Virus record (IMG/VR): IMGVR_UViG_3300047323_000304
Location: 96,001 to 160,000 of that record
Source: a virus
Length of the DNA: 64,000 nt
Direction: 5' to 3' (one strand)
A program made the position numbers and the translations under genes. The notes under the pieces were generated by a model. That model did no database searches and was not told the DNA's origin. It worked only from the letters and a program-made list of their open reading frames with translations. Below are positions 32,753 to 42,545 of the stretch, one piece after another; positions within the stretch are counted from its first letter, which is position 1; every line of letters begins with the position of its first letter.

Positions 32753-33205
32753 TTATTTGACCTCACTTTCCAAATACCATTTTCCTTTAGCAATAATTTC
32801 TTTGAATGCTATTGTATTAAATTCTCTTGATAAAGTATTCATGATGTTATCTAAGTTTTGATATTGTGTTAACCATTCAAATCCTGAATCTTCTTCCTCA
32901 ATTAATTCATTAATTCTATAATAATCTACCTTGCATCTTCTATCAGAATTAACTACTTCCATAAAACTTACTGGTTTTAGCAATTTTTCTACTTTAATAA
33001 AGGTTGCTTGTGACATTTTTTCAGTTATAGTTACTTCCTCATTGAATTCTTCATCTCCACTATCCCATTCTAGATATTTTCCACGGTCATCCTCATGTTT
33101 TTGAACAGTTATGTAACTAATATCTGTATTACCATCTTTGTATTTAACTTCAAATTGTGTATTAATATCTTCTTCTAAAAGTTCATTAAAATTATACTCT
33201 CTCAT
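32753..33205 (-). CDS. hypothetical protein, paralog of 16740..17411
   Basis: PVSFMEVV...CKV...KGKWYL shared. Confidence 0.65.
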   Translation of the reverse strand: MREYNFNELLEEDINTQFEVKYKDGNTDISYITVQKHEDDRGKYLEWDSGDEEFNEEVTITEKMSQATFIKVEKLLKPVSFMEVVNSDRRCKVDYYRINELIEEEDSGFEWLTQYQNLDNIMNTLSREFNTIAFKEIIAKGKWYLESEVK

Positions 33206-33926
33206 AACCTTTCAACTCCTTAAAAATATATTTCATCTTATCATTTAATTTATTATATGCTTTTCTAGTTCCTAATTTTTGTATATGTATTTCTCTTTCT
33301 TCTTTGGTCATTTCATAACTAAATTTCATTTTTATTCCTCCATTTCTATTTCATAGTATCATAAACATATTTGCTTGTCTATCTTTATTTTTAATTTATC
33401 TAACCTCTTTTTTATTTTATATTTTCTACCAATTCTTTAATTATATCTTTTACCGTCCAGTCTTTGTAGCATTCTAAAGTCTTTTTTAATTCTAATGCTT
33501 GACTATAAACACATCCATATATAAAATACAATTTTTCATTATCAGTCATAATTTTATACCTTCTTTCTAATTGATAATCAATTGCAGTAAAACACGTCTT
33601 TTACACTAATTTTATTTCTTCTTACGTATTAATTCTTTTAATTCATCGTAGTCACAATTATAAATAATACTAGTCAATCTTAAAGCCATATCATTTGTTA
33701 ATAATTTTAAACCAATTAGACAAATTACAATAATAATTAATGTTAATACTATGTACATATTTATCACCCTTCCATTCTATAACTATTCATATTACCTTCA
33801 ACACAAGTTTCTGGAACTTCACAACCATTTTCCTTATAATAAGGACACCCATAACAAATACTATCCTCGTCTAGAAAATATCTAGGTTCATCAGCTTCGT
33901 ATAATTCTCCATCTATAACTACCATA

Positions 33927-34406
33927 TTAATTTACCCCACTTTCAATATAATTCTTAATATTAAATTTATAATGATCTTTAAAATATAATACATCTCTAA
34001 GATCTATATTATCACCACAATTAAAGAACTCTCTTCTATACCATTTAATCTCATAATTATCATCTATAATTAATAAGTCTCCATATTTCCAGCCACTATC
34101 CCATGCAATTACATTATATATTTTACCTTTAATTAAATATCTATCATCAATACATTTTAATTTTAAATGATTAACTTTCTCTAATAACTTATCAACTATA
34201 TTTTTATTATCATTTAACCATTTTTCATCATCTCTATGTAAAAATACTCTTAACTCTTTACAAATACCATAGTAATCTTTACCTACAATAATAATTCCAT
34301 GTAATGTTGAATCAACTGCCATTGTGTTATCAAACCTTGTTTTCAACTCATCTATTAAATCTACTAGATTAAAACTATCATAACTTATCCATTGTCCTCT
34401 GCTCAT
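33927..34406 (-). CDS. hypothetical protein
   Basis: ORF on dominant strand. Confidence 0.6.
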   Translation of the reverse strand: MSRGQWISYDSFNLVDLIDELKTRFDNTMAVDSTLHGIIIVGKDYYGICKELRVFLHRDDEKWLNDNKNIVDKLLEKVNHLKLKCIDDRYLIKGKIYNVIAWDSGWKYGDLLIIDDNYEIKWYRREFFNCGDNIDLRDVLYFKDHYKFNIKNYIESGVN

Positions 34407-34491
34407 CTTTTATTTCTCCTTTATAATTAAATTTATATTATTTTTTAATTTATTTACTCTCGTTAAAATCGACTTTTTATGACAAATTATT

Positions 34492-34725
34492 TTATATCCA
34501 TTTATCTATTTCTTTCCAATATTTATAATTAACCCATTGAAAATTTTCTATTCCTATCTCACAAAGTAATTCATATTGAATAAAGTATCGTTCTAACCAA
34601 ATAATAGTTGTTGAATTAATCTTGACTGGAAATATTGCAAACTTATTAATTATTTTCTTATCTCCAATTTTAGGTTTTATTTTTTCTTTAATATTAAACA
34701 CCATAAACTTACCTCCTACCTTCAT
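34492..34725 (-). CDS. hypothetical protein
   Basis: KFAIFPV...IIWLERY motif seen in small phage proteins. Confidence 0.55.
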   Translation of the reverse strand: MKVGGKFMVFNIKEKIKPKIGDKKIINKFAIFPVKINSTTIIWLERYFIQYELLCEIGIENFQWVNYKYWKEIDKWI

Positions 34726-34766
34726 TTATAATATCACTCTTATTTATAATTTATCTAAACATCACC

Positions 34767-35555
34767 TTACCCAACAATATTTATTGGTATCCAATATTCT
34801 CCTTTCTCTATTAGCCACAAATAACTTATATATCCATCAACTATAATATATTTCTTTCCTCGTTGTTCTACTTCTATCGCTTTTTCTATGCCATTATTTG
34901 CTTTATATTTATTATATTTGTTTAATCTTTTACTCTCTTTGGGTCTACTATTAACCATTACATGTGGGATTATTAACTTATTATATTGAATATACTTCTC
35001 CATATCTATTGGTTGCTTAGTTAATATTTTCCTAGCATCAACATCTTTAGGCTTCTTCCTTTTCTTAGACTTATTATTCATTCCATTTAATTCATTAGTT
35101 AACATTCTAGCTGTTTTTCTTGCTAATTTATCTACAACATTATTATGTATGCTATATTCTGAGGGATTTTTAGAGTTATGAGCTTTTATCCATTTAAGTG
35201 ATATTTTCAATCCTACCGTTTTTATTAAACCAAGAACCTCATCGTATATTTCCCTAACTTTAGCTTTAATCTTTCCTTCAGTTATAAAATCATTTATAAT
35301 ATTTACTACACTTTGACAATCAGATAAAATAATAACTTGTACATCTTCTAAATCATTTTTTAAGTTGTTTAAATGTAATAATAATTGTTTTATAGCTTCA
35401 ATCTCCATTAAATTGCTTGTTGTTTCTATTTGCGTACCACAATTAATATAACTATCCTCATTTATAATTATTTTATAAGCCCATGCACCAACTCCAACTT
35501 TTTTATATTTTTCTTCTTGCAGACAACTTCCATCAGTAAAACATTTGATTTCCAT
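34767..35555 (-). CDS. rnhA: Ribonuclease H with C-terminal extension
   Basis: CFTDGSC, TSNLMEIEA, ILSDCQSV, WIKAH and NNVVDKLA. Confidence 0.85.
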   Translation of the reverse strand: MEIKCFTDGSCLQEEKYKKVGVGAWAYKIIINEDSYINCGTQIETTSNLMEIEAIKQLLLHLNNLKNDLEDVQVIILSDCQSVVNIINDFITEGKIKAKVREIYDEVLGLIKTVGLKISLKWIKAHNSKNPSEYSIHNNVVDKLARKTARMLTNELNGMNNKSKKRKKPKDVDARKILTKQPIDMEKYIQYNKLIIPHVMVNSRPKESKRLNKYNKYKANNGIEKAIEVEQRGKKYIIVDGYISYLWLIEKGEYWIPINIVG

Positions 35556-35760
35556 TTATTATCCTCCTACTTATTTTATTACAACTATAATTTATTTACC
35601 TTAGCTGTTAAATTAAGTATATATCTTCCACAAATCAAAGTCAATACTTTTTAAGTATTCTTTTTAATTTATTTTATATAATTCTTATATGACAATATTT
35701 TACAATAAAATGCAAATTTTAAATGGTTTTTGATACCTTATAATCAAGAAAAGGATGACT

Positions 35761-36471
35761 TTAATCATCCTTTAACTTTCTATTTTTCTTGAATTCATTA
35801 TTATACCATTTAAGAAAATTCCCATGTAATTTTAGTTCTGCTTCTTCTCTTGCTTTGGTAGCTTCTTCTTTTGTAAAATGTCTACCTAAATTATAAGTTT
35901 TCTTTTGAAATTGAATGGTAGCCCTATATTTACCTTTTTCAAAAATAACACCTCTAATACCTGTTTTACTATTTTTAAAAGCTTTATTATTATTTATAGT
36001 ATCCATTCTTGTATTAGCAATATATTTATTATTTATAAATTTAGAGATGTTTTTAGGGGCATTTCCTTTTGCAATTTCACTATTTCTACAACCACAACTC
36101 AAGGTATTTCCTGTGGTTAAATTAGTTAAACTTACATATACATCATCTTTACCACAATCACATTTGCATAGCCACATTATATGACCATTATCTCGTTTAC
36201 TAGTAGATTTTATGGCAGTAAGTTTACCAAATTTTTGTCCAGAAATATTTCTTGCTTTTAACTTTCCTATATTGGCTAATTTCTCATCACGCAAACAACC
36301 GCAACTTAAAGTTTGCCCTGCATTAAGTGTGTTACCTGCAACAAAAGTTTCATTTCCACATATACATTTACATTTCCATATAACTGAACCTTGTGATGAT
36401 CTTTTTACTGTTGGTTCAGTAGCAGTTAATTTAGCAAATGTTTTTCCAGTTAAATCTTTAATTCTACCCAA
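35761..36471 (-). CDS. AP2-domain putative homing endonuclease
   Basis: Repeated DLTGKTFAKL...WKCKCICG...SCGC modules; C-terminal TGIRGV...YRATI...LGRHFTKEEA..AR. Confidence 0.8.
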   Translation of the reverse strand: MGRIKDLTGKTFAKLTATEPTVKRSSQGSVIWKCKCICGNETFVAGNTLNAGQTLSCGCLRDEKLANIGKLKARNISGQKFGKLTAIKSTSKRDNGHIMWLCKCDCGKDDVYVSLTNLTTGNTLSCGCRNSEIAKGNAPKNISKFINNKYIANTRMDTINNNKAFKNSKTGIRGVIFEKGKYRATIQFQKKTYNLGRHFTKEEATKAREEAELKLHGNFLKWYNNEFKKNRKLKDD

Positions 36472-36577
36472 AGTAATACTCCTTATGATAAATAAACTTT
36501 ATTCTTATTGTTAATTGCTATTATACCATATTATTTAATTTTATAAATGACAAAAATTTATTTTGATTAATAAAACC

Positions 36578-36624
36578 TGTGGATAACTTTGATTACATTT
36601 AAAAATTATGTTGACTTATCCACA
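36578..36624. promoter_or_regulatory. Two perfect DnaA boxes in inverted orientation
   Basis: TGTGGATAA at 36578-36586 and TTATCCACA at 36616-36624, in AT-rich intergenic DNA. Confidence 0.6.
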
Positions 36625-36659
36625 ATTTTTCATTAAAATAAATACATAGGAAAAATTCA

Positions 36660-36765
36660 AAAATAAAAAGTCCTTTCAACACTTATTCAGAATCCCCATT
36701 CTGGACAAGCTAGGAACTTAAATGGTACGTCAATACCAAGAAAGTAACGAAAGAACTTATTTAAT
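36660..36765 (-). ncRNA. Candidate small structured RNA (~100 nt)
   Basis: Minus-strand TTTACA/TATAAT promoter (36800-36772), 10-bp closing stem with a G-U pair on this strand, two internal hairpins and a U-rich tail; no start codon or RBS. Confidence 0.45.
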
Positions 36766-37084
36766 ATCTTAATTATATATTATAATTTTATCATTGTAAA
36801 TATATAATTTAAGAAACATAAGTAAGATTTTTACAAGCTTTATTGGTATTAAATACTGATAAAGCTTTTTATTTTTTTGTAAATTTGGGTAAATAAAAAA
36901 AGAAAGTTACTATCAATAACTTTCCAACATTTAACCTACCTATAAAAAACTTTATATAGAATTATTATTCTTATATACTTCCGTTTAATATAAGTAAAAT
37001 TTATCTCGCAAATTTATTTTACCACAGATTTTTTAAAAATGGAAGTGTTTAGGCTTAATAAAGTCAACCTTTTTTAGAGTAATA

Positions 37085-37710
37085 TTGAGGATTCCCATAT
37101 TTACAGGGATGAGCAGTACAAATATACTTTAATTAATAGATAAATATACAATTATTCTAAAATACTAAAGGTGGCTTCAAAGTGTTGAAAAGGCTAATCA
37201 CATTAAAATAACCTGCCGTAAAAGGTGCTACGTCCTCACGCATTGAAAAAAGTATGCAAAGAGCGAGGTATAATTCTATACTTTTTGACTATATACAAGA
37301 AGTATAAATCCCCTGTGTTCATAGTAAGGTGAAACTCCGTACAGGGTTATCAAAAATGTGAGGCGATAAGAATGACCAACTCTTATCATTTTGGAAGTCC
37401 TAACGTAGAAATACGTGGCAATATCATAGTAATACTTTTATAGTAGTTGTGTTAGGGTAGGAATGACATAATTAAAACTATGATTCTTATATAGATGTGA
37501 AGATACAATTCCCGAAAACAAAGCATAATATTCACATAATATCTCTTATTGCTTCTCAGCATTAAGGGGTTTTATGTTCAAACGTGTCCACCCTCCTCAA
37601 AGCATATCCTTTGGCATATATCAAAGTCAAGTAGTAAATTCAATTAAGTATGCAAGTTTGATTATAACTAGAGTGATAACTCAAAGTAAGCAATACACTC
37701 TAGTTATAAT
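37085..37710 (+). ncRNA. Candidate large ornate ncRNA (ROOL/GOLLD-class architecture)
   Basis: ORF-free and visibly richer in G+C than its surroundings. Many helices, a long-range closing helix (37085-91 with 37594-600), a GNRA tetraloop and G-U pairs that favour the + strand. Confidence 0.6.
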
Positions 37711-37716
37711 ATTTAA

Positions 37717-38037
37717 TTAGGATATCTTAGCAGAAACTTCAACATTTAAATTATATTTATTGATTAAATATTTAGCACATTCTAAATCAGTTTCAAATAC
37801 TTCAAAATCATTACCATCTGAACTACATTCTTTAGTTTTTGGATTTCTATAATCATATCCTGCTATACCATCATTATCAATATAATAAAAAGTTTCATAT
37901 TCTGCATTTTCTTTTTCACAAATGTTTTCTTCTAAATCTTGATACACAATCCTTGTCACATCATAAATTTTGTTTTTAGTTACACCTTGTACCATTTCAT
38001 TTAATATTAATATTTTCATAATAAATCTCTCCTCCAT
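37717..38037 (-). CDS. hypothetical protein
   Basis: ORF downstream of a sigma-A promoter. Confidence 0.6.
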   Translation of the reverse strand: MEERFIMKILILNEMVQGVTKNKIYDVTRIVYQDLEENICEKENAEYETFYYIDNDGIAGYDYRNPKTKECSSDGNDFEVFETDLECAKYLINKYNLNVEVSAKIS

Positions 38038-38183
38038 ATTTTATTTTATGTATTCCTTGTTGATATAACTATCATATCATTTATAATTTTAGTTGTCAAT
38101 ATTATTTTTAATTTATTTATCTATTACTAAAATGTGAATTTTATTAACTGTTAAAAAGGAACAAAATCAATTGTTCCTCATAA

Positions 38184-38762
38184 TTATCTTGTATTGTATA
38201 AATTCTTGACCAAAAATTGTAACTCTTCAGTAGAGTCTATACTACTAATACTTATTATTCCACTAATTAAATCATTCCACTTATCTATATATACCTTTAT
38301 AAAGTCGTTAGGAGTATTGATGCCATTAGGATATATATTTTCTAGTATTGAGTATCCCCTATCCTCAGAACCCCCATCTGTACCTTTTAGTAATATTAAT
38401 AGGTATTTAGATAACTCTGATTCAAGTCTTAACGTTACTCCCCATTCTAAAAATGACAAAGGAATTGCAAAACATACCTCATTTAAATTTGCATAATGGA
38501 AACCATTTACTTTAATAGATGTTATTATTATATTGCTTATTACTGTCATTATCCCTTTTTCATTAGTTTTACACTGATACTGTAACCAGTCAGTAAAATA
38601 TTTTATATTTTCTACCTCAAAACATTTATCTTCATTATTATAGCACTTTTCAAATAATTCAATATTCAATGTATTTAATAATTCATCTCTGAAATTATCT
38701 TGTATATCCCACGGATGATCTCCACCCATTGGTTTATTTAACCAATATCCCATATTTATCAT
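38184..38762 (-). CDS. hypothetical protein
   Basis: ORF on dominant strand. Confidence 0.6.
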   Translation of the reverse strand: MINMGYWLNKPMGGDHPWDIQDNFRDELLNTLNIELFEKCYNNEDKCFEVENIKYFTDWLQYQCKTNEKGIMTVISNIIITSIKVNGFHYANLNEVCFAIPLSFLEWGVTLRLESELSKYLLILLKGTDGGSEDRGYSILENIYPNGINTPNDFIKVYIDKWNDLISGIISISSIDSTEELQFLVKNLYNTR

Positions 38763-38896
38763 AACCTTTCAATAATATTATACTAATATTATATCCGTGA
38801 TTTAAAAATCATATACGTATTTTTTAAGTATTTGTTTATAATTTATTTAATCGTAAATACTAAAACATTTCTGTAATAATATTTACGATTACCAAT

Positions 38897-39256
38897 TTAT
38901 TGTTGTATAAAATTAACTTCACAATTTTTAAATTTAGTCATAACCATTTCATTCCAAAACCCTTTCTTAAATGTTTGTATTAGTACAAAATGCCTCTCTA
39001 ATGAATCTTCTCTAGACATTACGTCTGAAACAATACTTTCAAAGTTTTCTTTAAAGCTTTCTTCTGTAAGAACGTCATATAATTCTTTTACACTATCATA
39101 TATAAAAGTTAAACAATCTGTTTCTTCGGTTTCTTGTACTAAACAAAAATAATTAATTGCTTTCAAATTCTTATCGTAAAATACTTTATATATCATATCT
39201 TCTATTTTTATTGTTTTAATAAACTCCATACTAATTATCTCCTTTCTTTTATGCAA
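38897..39256 (-). CDS. hypothetical protein
   Basis: ORF on dominant strand. Confidence 0.55.
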   Translation of the reverse strand: MHKRKEIISMEFIKTIKIEDMIYKVFYDKNLKAINYFCLVQETEETDCLTFIYDSVKELYDVLTEESFKENFESIVSDVMSREDSLERHFVLIQTFKKGFWNEMVMTKFKNCEVNFIQQ

Positions 39257-40055
39257 ATCTTCTTCTTCCTTGATTTCCTACTTTATAATAATTCCCATCA
39301 TTATAACTTATTATAACGTTTCTAACTTTACTAGTGTAAAAATCTACTAATTGTCCACAACATTGTTCTAAATCACCTTTTTCCATCAATGCTATTTCTT
39401 TTGGAGCATTCTTAGCTCTTTCTCTTATATACTCACTATCATAAAAATCAGAAACATATAATTTTAAAAATGCTCTAACAAATGCTTGACTTCTAAAGTT
39501 TTCATTTTCCTTAAATAAGTATAAATCATGTAAAAAATTTATTATTTCCAATTCATTTTCTATATTCAATTTTCCTTGTTTAAATAATTTTAATCTTCCT
39601 GATTGTCCTAATTGCTCTTTTGATAATTCATCCATTACTACAATCAAATCACTAATATTTAATTTATATTTTTTTATCATATTATTTAATGTTACATACA
39701 TTGGTAATTGTCTACTAACACCAGATGATAAATAATCCTCTAGTTTCCAAGTATTAGCCTCACTATTCATTAAAAGCATTTCGTTAAATCCTGCTCCTTC
39801 TTGTATGTAATATCTAATAGGTTTACCAGAAGCTTTCCATGCTGAAAATCTATGTTGTCCGTCTATTATTTCACCTTTTTCATTTATCATAATCATTGGT
39901 AACATTTCATTCCCTGATAATATGTAATTAATTATTTCTTGAACATGACATAAATCTATTGGTCTATTTCCCTCTATTAATTTGAAATTTTCATAATCTG
40001 TTGAATAACAATTTACACCTAATACTCCATCACATCTAATAACTTTATTTTCCAT
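39249..40055 (-). CDS. ParB/Srx-like N-terminal domain protein
   Basis: GNRPID...IMINEKGEIIDGQHRFSA. Confidence 0.75.
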   Translation of the reverse strand: MENKVIRCDGVLGVNCYSTDYENFKLIEGNRPIDLCHVQEIINYILSGNEMLPMIMINEKGEIIDGQHRFSAWKASGKPIRYYIQEGAGFNEMLLMNSEANTWKLEDYLSSGVSRQLPMYVTLNNMIKKYKLNISDLIVVMDELSKEQLGQSGRLKLFKQGKLNIENELEIINFLHDLYLFKENENFRSQAFVRAFLKLYVSDFYDSEYIRERAKNAPKEIALMEKGDLEQCCGQLVDFYTSKVRNVIISYNDGNYYKVGNQGRRRFA

Positions 40056-40056
40056 T

Positions 40057-40557
40057 TTACTCTTCTCCTTTTATTATAAATTTTCTATCTAAATTTTTGT
40101 TTAAACATTTTTTACATTTATTTGATAATCCGTCTTTTGTACTAACATTAATTATAAACATTGATACGTCTAATTTTTCTCCACAACATTCACATACTTT
40201 TAGTTTGTTGATATTATTGTCTTTAATTTGTTTTTTCTTTTTATCTCGTTCTATTTTTATTTTCTTTTGTGCGATTCTGCATTCATCTTGATACCCACTA
40301 GGCTTGTTTTTATTTAAATTAAATGCATCTAACGGATGAAATTTATTACAATGCCAACACCATTTCCTACCATCATCTGTTATAAGTTGTCTGTTTGATG
40401 TTTGTCTTTGTTTTTTAAAACCACATTCTGATCTCACTTTTTTTACTTCTGCCTCTTTTAATCCTAATTCTTCTGACATTTCTTTATCACTTTTAAATCT
40501 AAAATTATTTTCTATGTAATCAACTTGTTCTACTGTTAACTCTTCATATTTGCTCAT
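40057..40557 (-). CDS. Putative DNA-binding protein (HTH plus two Cys-rich modules)
   Basis: SDKEMSEELGL HTH-like; CWHC...ECR and CECC...CKKC. Confidence 0.6.
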   Translation of the reverse strand: MSKYEELTVEQVDYIENNFRFKSDKEMSEELGLKEAEVKKVRSECGFKKQRQTSNRQLITDDGRKWCWHCNKFHPLDAFNLNKNKPSGYQDECRIAQKKIKIERDKKKKQIKDNNINKLKVCECCGEKLDVSMFIINVSTKDGLSNKCKKCLNKNLDRKFIIKGEE

Positions 40558-40739
40558 TTTCGTCTCCTCCTATCATGTTTCTTTACTTTACATACATATA
40601 TCGAATCCAATCTCAGTTTTCTGCTTTCATATTCCAAGTCTTTTGTTTTTCTAAATTCTAAATAACTTTCACAAATACTGTGACATCCTAATTCTCTATT
40701 GGTACAATTCTTACAACTCACTTTGTTTTCTCCTTTCAT
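40554..40739 (-). CDS. small Cys-rich hypothetical protein
   Basis: CKNCTNRELGCHSICESY. Confidence 0.6.
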   Translation of the reverse strand: MKGENKVSCKNCTNRELGCHSICESYLEFRKTKDLEYESRKLRLDSIYVCKVKKHDRRRRK

Positions 40740-40829
40740 TTTCTTTTATATATTATCTTTAATTTATTAACTTGTCTACATTTACTATTATATTCTTATC
40801 TTTCCATTATGTCAAACATTATTTTTAAT

Positions 40830-41288
40830 TTATTTAACATATTTAAATTCTTTCAATCTATCTAACAACCATTCTTGACCTTCTTTAGTTATACTTATTC
40901 TTATAGTTTGTATTCCTGCATCTTTGTCTTTGATTGGCATAAAATTGCTTTCAGTAAAATAACCTTTATCTAAAAATTGTTGTTTAATTCTCTTTTTATT
41001 TAATGTTTCATCTAAATAAGTTACTCCATGATCAAATAATATTTTATGAATTTTATTTCCACCTATATTTTCATAATCCTCAACAACATCTTTTAAGCTT
41101 CTTATATAAGCTGAAATACTTATATGTTTCTTTGAACTATAATTATATTTAAAATCTTCTAATATATCATCCACTTCAAAATTATCCATATACTCTTTTA
41201 GATGCTTCATATATGCATCTGTTCCACTAATATAATCCCTTAACTTACCTTGATATTCTAAATCTTCTATATCTTTTAATTTCATCAT
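40830..41288 (-). CDS. Antirepressor KilAC/ANT-like domain protein
   Basis: C-terminal QQFLDKGYF...IRISITKEGQEWL. Confidence 0.6.
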   Translation of the reverse strand: MMKLKDIEDLEYQGKLRDYISGTDAYMKHLKEYMDNFEVDDILEDFKYNYSSKKHISISAYIRSLKDVVEDYENIGGNKIHKILFDHGVTYLDETLNKKRIKQQFLDKGYFTESNFMPIKDKDAGIQTIRISITKEGQEWLLDRLKEFKYVK

Positions 41289-41381
41289 TCTTTCTCCTAT
41301 CTTTAATTATATTTTATCTATATTAATATTAATTATTTTCAATTTTAGGGAAGCTATATAACTTCCCAGTATTGATATCTT

Positions 41382-41822
41382 TTATATGTTTATTTTTAAC
41401 TTTTCTAAATTTGCTTTCACAATTTTAAATCTATCATATTTTAAATTATTCTTTTTATGATATTGTTCATTTCTATTATCTATAAGCCACCTAGAATAAG
41501 TATTTAAACCATGTGTAAAGTATCCTTCATGCTCATAAATTACTTTATCTTCTTTATAATATCCTAATGGTGTGAGTAACCCTTCATAAAAATGAATAAG
41601 TTTTTGTCTTTTAATCTCTTTATATTCAGCAGAGAACCACTTTAGATATTTATTGTATTCTTTTTTATCTAATTCACTATACTCGTTATCACAATCTAGT
41701 AAACTTGCATCATATAACTTATTGCACTTAGCACAATAATAAAGTCCTATAATATCATCATCAACATTTAAAATACTGTTATCCTCATATTGAAGATTAT
41801 TTCCACACATACAGTTACTCAT
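41382..41822 (-). CDS. hypothetical Zn-binding protein
   Basis: CMCG...YCAKC. Confidence 0.55.
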   Translation of the reverse strand: MSNCMCGNNLQYEDNSILNVDDDIIGLYYCAKCNKLYDASLLDCDNEYSELDKKEYNKYLKWFSAEYKEIKRQKLIHFYEGLLTPLGYYKEDKVIYEHEGYFTHGLNTYSRWLIDNRNEQYHKKNNLKYDRFKIVKANLEKLKINI

Positions 41823-41869
41823 TTTAAATCACCTCATTTCTTTACATTATTTTTAATTTGTTATATGTA

Positions 41870-42424
41870 TTATAAATTTCTACGAGTTCCTTGTCGTATC
41901 TTCTTTAGTGGTGGTAGTCCCAGATGTCTCCAATCAGCACCAGTAGCTATACGAGATATTGCTGAAGGTTCTGTATTATATAATTTACCTATATCTTTAT
42001 ATTTCATAGTTCCACTTTTACACAAATTATATATTTCAATAACTATTTCATTAGTTAGTTTATTATGATAGTTGTTTTCTCCACCTCTTTTCTTCAATAT
42101 TAAAGCTTCGTGGTCTTGATTTTCCTTTTTAGTACACCATTCCAAATTTTCAACATAGTTATGTGTCTTGATCCCATCAATATGATTTACTTCAGGTAGA
42201 TTATTTGGGTTAGGTATAAATACATGAGCAACCGCCCTGTGAGCATTTCTAGCAATAAAACCGTCATCAAACTCCAAATGTGCTGACACATATCCATGTT
42301 TAGTAAGTTTTCCTTTAAATAATTTTCCAAGCTTAGTGATTATCCTACCTTTATTAGATATCTCATATCCACTATCTTTAATCCATACTTCACCTTCTAA
42401 ATCTTCTATTATTTCTTTTCGCAT
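41870..42424 (-). CDS. HNH homing endonuclease, paralog of 17458..18030
   Basis: AHRAVAHVF...VNHIDGIKTHNYVENLEW; GYEISNKGRII shared with the paralog. Confidence 0.85.
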   Translation of the reverse strand: MRKEIIEDLEGEVWIKDSGYEISNKGRIITKLGKLFKGKLTKHGYVSAHLEFDDGFIARNAHRAVAHVFIPNPNNLPEVNHIDGIKTHNYVENLEWCTKKENQDHEALILKKRGGENNYHNKLTNEIVIEIYNLCKSGTMKYKDIGKLYNTEPSAISRIATGADWRHLGLPPLKKIRQGTRRNL

Positions 42425-42545
42425 TATAATTTATCCTTTCCTATATTTTTCAATTTTAAAAATTGTCGTAAAATAGCCATTTTATACCAATTATTAAGAG
42501 CTACAAGCTAGTCGTAGCCCTATTTTAAATTAAACTAATTTACTT

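Noticed and set aside
37085-37710. Group I/II intron, retron or DGR explanation for the structured region
   Set aside because: No interrupted host gene and no reverse transcriptase in the window, and I could not find group I P/Q/R/S or group II domain V motifs. A covariance search is still needed to exclude these formally.
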